Assembly (NCBI RefSeq): GCF_000025505.1
Contig: NC_013849.1
Span: 1,530,001-1,562,000, forward strand
From: Ferroglobus placidus DSM 10642
GTDB lineage: Archaea > Halobacteriota > Archaeoglobi > Archaeoglobales > Archaeoglobaceae
DNA: 32,000 bases
Direction: 5' to 3'
Part shown: piece by piece, positions 19,076 through 27,933 of the stretch
Layout: each line of letters opens with the position of its first letter
How positions within the stretch are numbered: position 1 is the stretch's first letter
The notes under the pieces: model-generated
Databases searched by the model: none
Seen by the model: only the letters and a program-made list of their open reading frames with translations
What the model was told of the DNA's origin: nothing
Translations under genes and position numbers: made by a program

Positions 19076-19617
19076 CTTTTCACCTCGATTTTTTCAGCTA
19101 TTCCGTTCTTTATGAGGCTGTTAGCGTTTAGCTTGGGGACTAATACAACATCCTCCCTTCTCAATTTATATGTTTTTCCGTCAACTCCTTGGAATTCCGG
19201 TATGTCCTGCTTTATTCTCAAAAGAACGAAGTCTTTTTCCTCTATTTTTTCCTCCTCAACCCTCTTTTCGAGGAGCATCTCTTTGAACTTTAAAATCAGC
19301 TCTTTCAACTTCTCGAGGAAATCCCTCTCCACCTGAATCAGATTTTCCTTTCCCTCTATCCCACTTTCCGTGTTGCAAACTTCAGCCCAAGCTAGTCTAA
19401 TGATTTTACCTGTCCTCGCTTCGAAAATCTTTTTCTGAATTTTTCTCAACGTCCTGATTTCGTCTTCTATCCTCAAAAATTCATCTTCGGAAGCTTTGCT
19501 CCTCATCTCCTCTAACTCGGAAATTCTCGCTTTTAATTTCTCGTAGAAGTCTTCATCTATCTTTTCTATCGAAATTCTGCTCTTTTCCGCTAATATCATC
19601 AGCTCGTCGATGTCCAT
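19072..19617 (-). CDS. Archaeal GINS complex subunit (Gins51/15-type)
   Basis: Helical N-domain; C-terminal beta-domain segment VLLRIKQDIPEFQGVDGKTYKLRREDVVLVPKLNANSLIKNGIAEKIE. Directly downstream of priS, a known archaeal pairing. Confidence 0.8.
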   Translation of the reverse strand: MDIDELMILAEKSRISIEKIDEDFYEKLKARISELEEMRSKASEDEFLRIEDEIRTLRKIQKKIFEARTGKIIRLAWAEVCNTESGIEGKENLIQVERDFLEKLKELILKFKEMLLEKRVEEEKIEEKDFVLLRIKQDIPEFQGVDGKTYKLRREDVVLVPKLNANSLIKNGIAEKIEVKR

Positions 19618-19618
19618 A

Positions 19619-20686
19619 CTACCAACCGTATATTGCCACTCCCCTACATATTAAGTATATCGCAACGTATTCCGGAACCTTCGCCTTACCCTTTTTTAAC
19701 TTAAACTCCTCCTCTTTTAACCTGAGCTTCACGTTACTCTTAATCCTCACTTTAACTTCCTCATCCTCGAAAACCACCGCATCCCTCGTAGGTTTGAATT
19801 CATCTATTTCATCTCTGCTGATCTTGCAGACTTTCAATCCGGTTTTTCCGTGCAAAGAGCCGGGAAGTCTTATCAGCCTTTTCACGTCAGCCGTAACCGG
19901 CGGATCGACGTGAATTCTCACCCTTTCAGCTGCTTTATTGAAAAGTCTTGCAAGCTCTTTATCAAGCGTTTTCGGAAAGTGATCGAAGTTAAGATTTTTC
20001 ACCTTTTCGACAACCTCCTCGGCAGCTGCCAAAAGCATTTTTTCCCTCTTCTCAGAAATTTTCGGAAAAAGTTCCCTAATCTTCCCTTTTTTTAAAGCTT
20101 CTTCGATTTCTCCTGCCATAATTCCCGCTATTCTGTAACTTTGTTTTGATTCCGGCAGCTTCCTCGAAAATTTGAAGTCCGTCAAAAAAAGATAATCCAC
20201 GATTTCTCTCCTCTCCGCAGAAGACAGCTCCAAAAAATCCTCGTCGTGAACGTGCAAGTGATACCCTCTGCTTCCAGAAAAAACGATTTCCATATCTTTG
20301 CACCCGAAATCTTCTTCGAGAACGTCGTAAAGCATTTTTATCTGCCTTTTTGCCTCTTTCAAACTGCCGTTCGGTAAGTGGTCAGCATCAATATCGAAAA
20401 TCAAATCCGCCTTTTTCCATCCTTTAGCTTCCATGTTTTCCGCATCCGGCTTCTCGTAATAGGCTGAGGAGTAATAAACGTGAAGAGGGACGTTATTCAA
20501 AATAAATCCTTTCAGCTCGACGTAGCTGTCGAAAGCGATGTGCCTCCTCATAATAAACTCGGGGAGAGCTTCAACTTCTACAAAAGCCCATTCCCTTTCC
20601 CAAAGTGCATTGGGCTCATCCACATCGTTTTTCGTGTAGTATTCGAGAAACTTCGCTTTCAAATACTCTTTAGTTAGCGTGTCCAC
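19619..20686 (-). CDS. priS: DNA primase small subunit
   Basis: DADHLP-type metal motif (LIFDIDADHLPNG), EIVFSGSRGYHLHVHD, RLPGSLHGKTGLKV, REWAFVEVE. Confidence 0.96.
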   Translation of the reverse strand: MDTLTKEYLKAKFLEYYTKNDVDEPNALWEREWAFVEVEALPEFIMRRHIAFDSYVELKGFILNNVPLHVYYSSAYYEKPDAENMEAKGWKKADLIFDIDADHLPNGSLKEAKRQIKMLYDVLEEDFGCKDMEIVFSGSRGYHLHVHDEDFLELSSAERREIVDYLFLTDFKFSRKLPESKQSYRIAGIMAGEIEEALKKGKIRELFPKISEKREKMLLAAAEEVVEKVKNLNFDHFPKTLDKELARLFNKAAERVRIHVDPPVTADVKRLIRLPGSLHGKTGLKVCKISRDEIDEFKPTRDAVVFEDEEVKVRIKSNVKLRLKEEEFKLKKGKAKVPEYVAIYLICRGVAIYGW

Positions 20687-20766
20687 AAAGGCAACTCTTG
20701 TCGGAAGCTAAAATAACTTTGTTCAAAATCATAAAAAATATATAACAAGTAGAATTACTGAATTAA

Positions 20767-21954
20767 GTGAGAGCTTTAGTAATACTGCTGTTTATTCTGA
20801 TAACCCCAGTAGCTCTTGCCGATAGAGGGGGAATTCCGCTCACTCCAGCTTTTGTGGAGGAGACTGAGCAAAACGCTATCGTTGCTTGGAACGGAGAAGA
20901 GGAGATTCTTATTCTCTCAACCAACTTGAGAGCATCGGAAAACACAACGATCCTTGAACTTCTCCCTCTCCCTTCGAAGCCCGAAATAAAGGAGGGTGAC
21001 GAAAAATCCTTTTACGAACTTATTAAGCTTGCAGGAATGCAGAGAAAGACTGGATTGGGTTTCGGAGAAAGTAAAGGAGGTGTAGAAATTATTTTTCAGG
21101 AGAGAATTGGCGTGCATTTTATAACCGTGGTCAGAATAAACAGCTCTCAAGAATTTGCGGAGTGGTTTGAAGGGTTCGTGACTAAACGCGGCTACAACGC
21201 AAAATTTCCTGAAAGCTTGGAAAGTCTCGTAGAAGATTACGTGAGGAGAGGCTACAGCTATTTTGCGATCGATCTCATATCTGTTGGCGAAGATGAGAAG
21301 AGCGTAAAGCCGATTGTTTACAGGTTCAAGACCGACAAGCTCTACTATCCGCTAAAAGTATCTTCGACTTTCAAATCAGATACGAGAGCGAACGTCTTCA
21401 TTCTCGCAAAAGGGATTGTAAGAGAGGAGGATTTGAGAAAAGCTGGGTTGTGGAGGATTAAAATCAGCGACATGTACGTTTACTTAAGCAAGTCCGAGCT
21501 TGAGAGAATCGATAAAAGTATTGCTGAAATTCTCGACGGAGCTTACTTGAGCGTTGCAGTATTTTACGGAAGCACGGAAAGGCTTAAAGCCGACCTCGAA
21601 ATTGAGGAGCTTAGCTCTCCCACTCTGCTCGAAAGAGTTGCGAAGCTCGTTGAAGGAACGACCTTGTCCCACCTAATCCTTTCGCTTAAACACATAAAGG
21701 GTAGCGGAGTCGATCCTGTTTTACTTTCCATCCTGATCTTTTCGACGTTTTCCGGATTTCCCGCTATATTCTACGTAATTTACAAAATTACCAGAAATAA
21801 GTTTGACAGAAAAGTTTCAATTCTGATTTCAACGCTATCCGTCGCTTTTGTTGCCTTCACGAAAGGATTTCTATCTTTCCTCGCGTTCTTCGCTTTATTT
21901 TTCCTCGGAATAGTTTTCGTTCTTTACGTTTCTTACCGAGTGATAACAAGATGA
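20767..21954 (+). CDS. Exported membrane-anchored protein, DUF2330-like
   Basis: Signal peptide, ADRGGIPLTPAFVEETEQNAIVAWNGEEEILILSTNL, SGFPAIFYVIY and C-terminal TM segments. Confidence 0.65.
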   Translation: MRALVILLFILITPVALADRGGIPLTPAFVEETEQNAIVAWNGEEEILILSTNLRASENTTILELLPLPSKPEIKEGDEKSFYELIKLAGMQRKTGLGFGESKGGVEIIFQERIGVHFITVVRINSSQEFAEWFEGFVTKRGYNAKFPESLESLVEDYVRRGYSYFAIDLISVGEDEKSVKPIVYRFKTDKLYYPLKVSSTFKSDTRANVFILAKGIVREEDLRKAGLWRIKISDMYVYLSKSELERIDKSIAEILDGAYLSVAVFYGSTERLKADLEIEELSSPTLLERVAKLVEGTTLSHLILSLKHIKGSGVDPVLLSILIFSTFSGFPAIFYVIYKITRNKFDRKVSILISTLSVAFVAFTKGFLSFLAFFALFFLGIVFVLYVSYRVITR

Positions 21955-22023
21955 CATTTACTTTCCCATCAAATCTAAAAATCGTTAAATATTCTCCGAA
22001 AGAGTTTTACCTGAGGTGATCGA

Positions 22024-22998
22024 ATGCAAATAGAGATTTTGGACAGAGGAGAGGCTGAGTTTCACTTTATTGATCCAGACGATTTTCGGGAGTTCGTCAG
22101 GGACAAAAAGACGAGGGACTGGAAGGACAAGCTGATGGAGGAAAAAGAGGCGGTAAAGAAGTTCGTTAAAGACGGAGATTACTTGGCTTACGACTTCTCA
22201 AGCCTAACGAGAGGACCTCAAAGCCTGATAAGAGAGATAATCAGGCAGAGGAAGAAGAAACTCTGGATTTGTGCGAAGTTCACGTTGCTCGAAAGCGCTT
22301 TGCTTGCCGGAGGAGGTTGCGTCGAGAAGATAGATGTTGGTTTCCTCGGTTTTGGGGAGTACATAGCCAGAAAAGTCGAGAACGGAGAGGTGAAGGTTTA
22401 CGACTGGAGCAACGGAAGCATAACCTACAGACTTTTAGCCGGAGCGATGGGCATTCCTTTCATCCCCGCAAGAGATTTGCTCGGAACTGACACCTTCAAA
22501 AAATCCGGGGCTTTGGCTATAAGAGATCCGTTCACAAACAAGCCAGTAGCTTTGCTTCCCGCCTTAAATCCAGATGTTGCCTTAATCCACGTGCAGGAAG
22601 CTGACATCTACGGCAACGCTCGAGTTTACGGGCCAACTGTCGCGACTCTCGAAACGGCGATGGCTTCGAAGAGGGTGATAATCTCCGCTGAGAGAATAGT
22701 GGAGACGATAGAGTTCAGAAAGGAGCCAAACATGACGATAATACCCTACTACTTGGTTGACGCCGTAGTCCACGCTCCCTTCGGAGCTTATCCGGGAGGA
22801 ACGCAGGGCTACTACGAAATGGACGCTGAGCACTACTTAAAAGTTTCATCGATAAAAACTGAGGAGGAGATGCAGAAGTACTTGGAGGAGTACGTTTACA
22901 GCGTCGATAATCACGAAGAATTTTTGGAGAAGAGGGTTGGAATGAAGAAGTTAAAGGAGCTCGTTAGGAAAGCTGAAATTTTGGAGGGATTTAGATGA
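22024..22998 (+). CDS. CoA-transferase subunit A (glutaconate CoA-transferase-like)
   Basis: Class I CoA-transferase alpha features: LLAGAMGIPFIPARDLLGTD, NPDVALIHVQEADIYGNARVYG. Confidence 0.85.
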   Translation: MQIEILDRGEAEFHFIDPDDFREFVRDKKTRDWKDKLMEEKEAVKKFVKDGDYLAYDFSSLTRGPQSLIREIIRQRKKKLWICAKFTLLESALLAGGGCVEKIDVGFLGFGEYIARKVENGEVKVYDWSNGSITYRLLAGAMGIPFIPARDLLGTDTFKKSGALAIRDPFTNKPVALLPALNPDVALIHVQEADIYGNARVYGPTVATLETAMASKRVIISAERIVETIEFRKEPNMTIIPYYLVDAVVHAPFGAYPGGTQGYYEMDAEHYLKVSSIKTEEEMQKYLEEYVYSVDNHEEFLEKRVGMKKLKELVRKAEILEGFR

Positions 22999-23792
22999 AG
23001 GAGTTTACGGACACTGAGTTTATGATCTGTCAAGCGGCAAGGTTGCTTGAGGATAACAAAACAGTCTTCGTCGGCTGGGGAATGCCGCAAGTCGTGGCTT
23101 TGCTTGCTGAAAGGTTGTACACTCCGAACATAACCCAGATTTTCGAGTTCGGAGCTGTGGGACCTCAAAGCAGATTACCTTTCCTCAGAGGCACTATGGG
23201 AGGTCCGCAGAACACTTATCGGAGCTTGCAGTGGTGCAGCATGGCTTTAGCATTTAGCTACGCTCAGGCTGGTTACATAGACTACGGAATGCTCGGAGCA
23301 GCTCAGATAGACCGCTATGGAAACATAAATTCGACGATGATTGGAGAAGATTACGAAAGACCGAAAAAGAGGTTTCCGGGAAGCGGAGGAGGGAATGAGG
23401 TGGCAAGCTACTGCTGGAAGACGATAATAGTTATGAGCCACGAGAAGAGGAGATTCGTGGAGAGGTGCGACTTCATAACTTCTCCCGGACACATAATAGA
23501 CGGAAAAAGCAGAGAAGAGCTCGGATTGCCAAGAAATACTGGACCTTGGAGGGTTATAACTTCCAAAGCCATGTTCGACTTCGACGAGAAAACGAAGGAG
23601 CTGAGGTTGATTGGAGTTCTTAAGGGATTTACGGTAGAAGAAGTCGTGGAAGATATGGGATTCAAGCCAAAAGTAGCTGATGAGGTCGTGGAGCTTGATC
23701 CTCCAACCGAGGAGGAGCTGAGAGTTTTGAGGGAAGAAATAGATCCGTACGGGTTGATAATCAAGAAAGGGAGAGTGATAAAGCTCGATTGA
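22995..23792 (+). CDS. CoA-transferase subunit B
   Basis: VGWGMPQVVALLAERLYTPN, FEFGAVGP..., DYGMLGAAQIDRYGNIN. 4-nt overlap with subunit A. Confidence 0.85.
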   Translation: MKEFTDTEFMICQAARLLEDNKTVFVGWGMPQVVALLAERLYTPNITQIFEFGAVGPQSRLPFLRGTMGGPQNTYRSLQWCSMALAFSYAQAGYIDYGMLGAAQIDRYGNINSTMIGEDYERPKKRFPGSGGGNEVASYCWKTIIVMSHEKRRFVERCDFITSPGHIIDGKSREELGLPRNTGPWRVITSKAMFDFDEKTKELRLIGVLKGFTVEEVVEDMGFKPKVADEVVELDPPTEEELRVLREEIDPYGLIIKKGRVIKLD

Positions 23793-23914
23793 TAGCATTA
23801 ATTTTCCCTCAATCATTTTTCAATCGACACACAACTCTGGCAAACTTTTGGGTTTGAAACTTTTAACCCCAAATTCAGAATATGTAATATTATTTTAGCA
23901 AGAAAAAGCTTTTA

Positions 23915-23934
23915 TTTACGAAGCCATTCGTAAA
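23915..23934. promoter_or_regulatory. Perfect inverted repeat TTTACGAA-GCCA-TTCGTAAA just upstream of a membrane protein gene
   Basis: 8-bp perfect arms, 4-nt spacer, 4 nt before ATG 23939; overlaps an AT-rich TATA-like CTTTTATTTA. Confidence 0.5.
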
Positions 23935-23938
23935 TTTG

Positions 23939-24637
23939 ATGTTAGAAGTTCTCGGCGAGGCTTTAGGAATCGTGCTGGCGTTTACGTCTCTAACCTCTTT
24001 AAGCATAGCTTTCGGATACAGTGATGTCAGGGACTTTATAAACCACCGTGTAAGCAGAGCTAAAACTCACGGAGTGATACTGCTCTCTCTTCTCGCCTTA
24101 CTGCTACTTTTCGGAGTTTTAGCATATTTAACCGAAAATAGCTCATTATCCTTAATAGGTTCCTTAGCCCTCGGCACAGGTTTGCTTTACTTCGAGCTCT
24201 GGGACATAAGGGAGTTTCTAAGGAACAAGTATAAGCCGACATTGAAGAAGGATGTGGTGGACGTGATGATATACTCTGCTGTGGTATGGCTTATCTCCAG
24301 ACACGTTGAAATTCCAGTTGAGGGAGCAATAATTATTTCCGTCGCTCTCATACTTGTAGCGTATTACTACTCTTTCAGCTTGGGGGAGTACATCAAGCTT
24401 TATGCCTCTGTAATTCTTCCTATAGACCTATTTCCGACCTACATCGGCTCAAGAATTTTCTCGCTTTTCTTTGCTATACATTTAATTTCTTACGGAGCAT
24501 TCTATTTGCCCTTTACGATCATACTTCTCGTCGGATATTGTGTTTTGATGTACTCGATGTTACTGGCTGCGAGAAGAATCGGGGAGTTAAAAGCAACAGT
24601 AGCAGAAAATCACTTAGAATCTAATGTCGAACTTTAG
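23939..24637 (+). CDS. Polytopic membrane protein of unknown function (paralogue of 27224..27901)
   Basis: About 7 hydrophobic segments; IYSAVVWLISRHVE...YIKLYASVILPIDLF. ATG 23939 is the second codon of the track ORF. Confidence 0.75.
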   Translation: MLEVLGEALGIVLAFTSLTSLSIAFGYSDVRDFINHRVSRAKTHGVILLSLLALLLLFGVLAYLTENSSLSLIGSLALGTGLLYFELWDIREFLRNKYKPTLKKDVVDVMIYSAVVWLISRHVEIPVEGAIIISVALILVAYYYSFSLGEYIKLYASVILPIDLFPTYIGSRIFSLFFAIHLISYGAFYLPFTIILLVGYCVLMYSMLLAARRIGELKATVAENHLESNVEL

Positions 24638-25072
24638 AATGGGAATTTGAATTTCCTGAAAGTAAGCTTATCTTCCTGTTAAAACGATTCAAAGAGATAT
24701 AAATTTTTTCCTCTTCGTAAACTCTATCGTTCAAAGTATATACACTGAAAGATAATGGAAATATAACCGCACAGGCAATTTTATGTCGCTCAAAATTTTC
24801 CATCAAAACAGCAAACGATTAAAGAAAAAAGGAGTTCATGTTTGCATCACTAATAGTATTTTCAGAGCTCCCCAACACGGATCTCGGAAGTCGATGATGA
24901 CAAAATGATCGCTTTAAGTTTCGTTATATCATTCTCCCGAGCAATCAACGTCCCAAGCGAGCTTGATCAGCTTATTTCTCACAACGGTTTTAAAATATCA
25001 CTCTTTCAATTCGCTCTACACGAGGTCATTTCGTCCTTTTGTTATAATGAACTGTTTTAAAACTGAATTGCA

Positions 25073-25156
25073 TGCGGGGGGAGGGATTTGAACCCTCGTA
25101 CCCCTACGGGACCGGCCCCTCAAGCCGGCGCCTTTTCCTGACTCGGCAACCCCCGC
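25073..25156 (-). tRNA. tRNA-Leu (anticodon GAG)
   Basis: Complement reads GCGGGGG TTGCCGAGTCAGGAAAAGGCGCCGGCTTGAGGGGCCGGTCCCGTAGGGGTACGAGGGTTCAAATCCCTCCCCCCGCA. The acceptor stem pairs GCGGGGG/CCCCCGC, the anticodon loop is TTGAGGG, and it has a class II long variable arm and T-loop TTCAAAT. Confidence 0.96.
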
Positions 25157-25382
25157 AGCAAAAATTGTTGAAATTGTCTGCTTTATTACGATTTCGGTCC
25201 GTCAGTTGGTTACGGAAAAAGCCTGATTTGATTATAAAAAACTTTACCGACTTTCCCAACTGTTATCATCCGGAGCGCAATTCAAAATGAATTTATTCGA
25301 ACTCCTAAATCTTCTGTAGTTTTGCTAAGACGAATGAAACGCACGCGCTTTATTTATTTTATTAAGAGATTTTAATAATTAT

Positions 25383-25401
25383 ATTACTTTAGTAAAGTGA
25401 T
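25383..25401. repeat. Near-perfect inverted repeat ATTACTTTA-G-TAAAGTGAT
   Basis: 9-nt arms, 8 of 9 pair, 1-nt centre, in the large tRNA-Leu/histone intergenic region. Confidence 0.45.
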
Positions 25402-25545
25402 TCGACTCGTTCTAAGCACGAGCAAATACTACCACCACTACCACTTACAAATTTTTATTTCATTCCACCCCGAACATCGAGTGCTATCATGTTGCTTGAC
25501 TTAGTTCAATACAAACGCAGCATCAAGATCACAACAGGATAAAAA

Positions 25546-25552
25546 TTATATA
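25546..25552 (+). promoter_or_regulatory. TATA box of histone gene
   Basis: TTATATA, preceded by A-rich BRE-like sequence, with SD GAGGTGA (25577-25583) before ATG 25588. Confidence 0.55.
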
Positions 25553-25587
25553 CCTCCTATTACACAGATTGTTATCGAGGTGAGAGT

Positions 25588-25791
25588 ATGGCTGAGTTGC
25601 CACTTGCACCGGTTGACAGATTGATTAGGAAGGCTGGTGCCGAGAGAGTGAGTGAGGAAGCGGTAGTGAAAATGGTTGAAATCCTCGAAGACTACGCTCT
25701 GCAGGTTGCAAAGAAAGCTGTGGAAATTGCGAGGCACTCCAAGAGAAAGACGATAAAGGCTGAGGACATCAAGGTTGCTCTGAGCATGTAA
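25588..25791 (+). CDS. Archaeal histone
   Basis: MAELPLAPVDRLIRKAGAERVSEEAVVKMVEILEDYALQVAKKAVEIARHSKRKTIKAEDIKVAL, an HMf-like histone fold. Confidence 0.97.
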   Translation: MAELPLAPVDRLIRKAGAERVSEEAVVKMVEILEDYALQVAKKAVEIARHSKRKTIKAEDIKVALSM

Positions 25792-25864
25792 ACTTTTTTC
25801 TACAATTTTTATTTTTAAAAGTTAACAATTAAAGCTTTTATCTGAAAGCCGTTGATCTCCTTTT

Positions 25865-26386
25865 GTGGAAGTATACGTTCTTCGTCTCGGTCACAGACCG
25901 GAGAGAGATAAAAGAATTTCCACTCATGTCGCTTTAACTGCAAGAGCCTTCGGAGCGAGGGGAATTTACTTCGATAAATACGACGAGAAGGTTTTTGAGA
26001 GTGTGAGGGACGTGGTAAAGAGGTGGGGAGGGGACTTTTTCATCGAGCACGCTAACTGGAAAAAACTGCTCAAGGAGTTTCGTGGAGCGAAAGTGCACTT
26101 GACGATGTACGGAATTCCTCTGCTTGAAAAAATTGACGAGCTGAAAAAAGAGGAAAAAATACTCGTTATCGTTGGGGCGGAAAAAGTTCCTTCCGAAGTT
26201 TACGAGCTGGCAGACTACAACATATCGATAGGCACTCAACCTCACAGCGAGGTTGCAGCTTTAGCAGTTTTCCTCGATAGGCTCCTCGACGGAAAAGTTT
26301 TCGAGATAAAGTTCGAGGATGCGGAAATAGAAGTTGTCCCCTCCGAGAGAGGAAAAATAGTTAGAAGCAAGAAATTTCAAAAGTGA
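25865..26386 (+). CDS. trm56: tRNA (cytidine(56)-2'-O)-methyltransferase
   Basis: [67 protein letters not shown]; SPOUT-type aTrm56 motifs. Confidence 0.93.
   Translation: MEVYVLRLGHRPERDKRISTHVALTARAFGARGIYFDKYDEKVFESVRDVVKRWGGDFFIEHANWKKLLKEFRGAKVHLTMYGIPLLEKIDELKKEEKILVIVGAEKVPSEVYELADYNISIGTQPHSEVAALAVFLDRLLDGKVFEIKFEDAEIEVVPSERGKIVRSKKFQK
26351..26386 (+). repeat. Copy 1 of a 36-bp direct repeat (within the trm56 3' end)
   Basis: ggaaaaatagttagaagcaagaaatttcaaaagtga. Confidence 0.9.
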
Positions 26387-26431
26387 GTGGCAGTTAAGCT
26401 TTTTAATGATGAGATCTTAAATTCCTACCTA

Positions 26432-26686
26432 ATGGTAAGAACAAGAGTTGTAGGAAAGAAAGGTCAGGTAACGATTCCAAAGGAAATTCGAGATAAGCTC
26501 GGTTTAAAAGAGGGAGAAAAAGTCGTATTTGAAATCAGAGGTGATGAGGTTATTATCAAACCAGAGAAAAAGGGAAAAGATTACGTTGATGAACTCTCGA
26601 ACATCGTGAAAAACAAGCTTGAAGCCCCAGAACCTGAAAAACTTAAGAGGTTACTTTATGGAGAAATTGAAGATCGCCTACATTGA
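26432..26686 (+). CDS. vapB: AbrB/SpoVT-type antitoxin (VapB-like)
   Basis: MVRTRVVGKKGQVTIPKEIRDKLGLKEGEKVVFEIRGDEVIIKPEKK swapped-hairpin DNA-binding motif, next to a PIN protein. ATG 26432 preferred over GTG 26387. Confidence 0.9.
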   Translation: MVRTRVVGKKGQVTIPKEIRDKLGLKEGEKVVFEIRGDEVIIKPEKKGKDYVDELSNIVKNKLEAPEPEKLKRLLYGEIEDRLH

Positions 26687-27068
26687 TTCGAACATTTTTA
26701 TTTATACAATTTTGTATTCAGGTGATGCAGCGGAAAAGTCGAGAGATTTTCTAAGAAAAGCAGCCGAAGGTGAGTACAAAGCATATACTTCGTCTCTCGT
26801 TTGGGATGAGGTCGTTTATGCTGTAAGGAAAGTTGCTGGACTGAAAGAGAGCATTAAAGCTGGTGAAATTTTGCTTAAGTTGCCCTTTATTGAGTTTCTT
26901 AGCGTTGATTATGCCGTATGCGAAAAAGCTCAGAAACTCGTGGAAAACTACGGTATTTTGCCACGGGATGCTATCCACGCTTCTTTAGCTTTAAAATACT
27001 GTGAAGGAGTCATCATAAGTAACGACTCCGATTTTGATATTATCAAAGGTTTGAAGAGAGTCTTTTGA
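26658..27068 (+). CDS. vapC: PIN-domain ribonuclease toxin (VapC-like)
   Basis: AYIDSNIFIYTIL, WDEVVYAV, LPRDAIHASLALKYCEGVIISNDSDFDII; PIN acidic residues conserved. ATG 26658 preferred. Confidence 0.9.
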   Translation: MEKLKIAYIDSNIFIYTILYSGDAAEKSRDFLRKAAEGEYKAYTSSLVWDEVVYAVRKVAGLKESIKAGEILLKLPFIEFLSVDYAVCEKAQKLVENYGILPRDAIHASLALKYCEGVIISNDSDFDIIKGLKRVF

Positions 27069-27130
27069 ACAAATCACTCAAATTGTCTCTGAAGGTTACG
27101 CCAAAAAGTTAGGATATACGTGTTTTCGCG

Positions 27131-27166
27131 GGAAAAATTGTTAAAAGCAAGAAATTTCAAAAGTGA
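27131..27166 (+). repeat. Copy 2 of the 36-bp direct repeat, downstream of VapBC
   Basis: ggaaaaattgttaaaagcaagaaatttcaaaagtga; 34 of 36 identical to 26351..26386, including a 22-bp perfect run. Confidence 0.9.
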
Positions 27167-27198
27167 AAGGAAGAAAGTGAAAGGATAACTATTAAATA

Positions 27199-27214
27199 AC
27201 TCTAAGATTAGAGT
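27199..27214. promoter_or_regulatory. Perfect inverted repeat ACTCTAA-GA-TTAGAGT
   Basis: 7-bp perfect arms, between a TATA-like ATTAAATA (27191-27198) and ATG 27224. Confidence 0.5.
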
Positions 27215-27223
27215 TTATAACCA

Positions 27224-27901
27224 ATGCTCACCTCTGAAGTATATTTAGTTGAGGGTTTGACCCTCTTCGTACTGTCATGCTTGACAATGAATACTCTCTT
27301 CAGCGAAGGTGCTAAAGATTATCTAAATTCGAGGTACGAGTTAGCGTACAAAATAGCTTATCTAACTTCATTTATTTTCGTTTTAACGTGGATTTCCGGG
27401 ACGCTTTATTTTTTCTTCTCATCCACAGTAACGAGGTACCTGATGATTCTTTCCTCTGAAATATTCTGGATCGTTGCTCTTTCTATCAACCTGATGATTC
27501 TGAGAGACCTCTGGGTTAACGCCGGAGCGAGGTTTAATTATAAAATGGAGTACCTGAACATAATCTTTTATCTTGCCACTCTCTGGCTCCTTTCCTATCA
27601 CATCTCCATGTCCTACATGCTCCTTGCGATTCTATCAACTGTCAGCTCCGTAATAATTCTCTACTTCACCGCTCTGCTGAGGAAATATATAAGCCTGATT
27701 GGGGTGTTCGTGATTCCGGTAGACGTTTACAAGTTTTTCCTTTCCTTTGTCGTCGTCTCAGCGATGTTCTCTCTGATTCTTTTAGCGAGAACCGTAGGAA
27801 TTCATTCGTATTTGTTCTTCGTAATCTTGATATACGTCTTCGTGATATTCGTTCTTCTCTCCCTCATAAAAGAGCTTAAACCTCTCATCTCCAAAGCGTA
27901 A
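27224..27901 (+). CDS. Polytopic membrane protein of unknown function (paralogue of 23939..24637)
   Basis: Collinear hydrophobic architecture with the other copy; IIFYLATLWLLSYHIS...YISLIGVFVIPVDVY. Confidence 0.75.
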   Translation: MLTSEVYLVEGLTLFVLSCLTMNTLFSEGAKDYLNSRYELAYKIAYLTSFIFVLTWISGTLYFFFSSTVTRYLMILSSEIFWIVALSINLMILRDLWVNAGARFNYKMEYLNIIFYLATLWLLSYHISMSYMLLAILSTVSSVIILYFTALLRKYISLIGVFVIPVDVYKFFLSFVVVSAMFSLILLARTVGIHSYLFFVILIYVFVIFVLLSLIKELKPLISKA

Positions 27902-27933
27902 ACGTATTTATTCGGCAAAGTTATCTCTTTTCT

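Noticed and set aside
23247-23816. 189-aa antisense ORF inside CoA-transferase subunit B
   Set aside because: Long, but lies opposite a clearly conserved gene. No motif, and its composition looks like an antisense mirror.
24894-24900. ATGATGA resembling a C box of a C/D sRNA
   Set aside because: No CTGA D or D' box at a suitable distance; the nearest CTGA downstream is about 160 nt away.
25072-25290. ORF MRGEGFEPSYPYGTGPSSRRLF...
   Set aside because: It is the antisense reading of tRNA-Leu(GAG), a classic spurious ORF (the GEGFEPS reading of the T-arm).
26387-26431. N-terminal extension MAVKLFNDEILNSYL of the antitoxin
   Set aside because: ATG 26432 starts directly before the AbrB core (MVRTRVVGKKGQVTIPKEI). 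The extension only fills the space after the trm56 stop.
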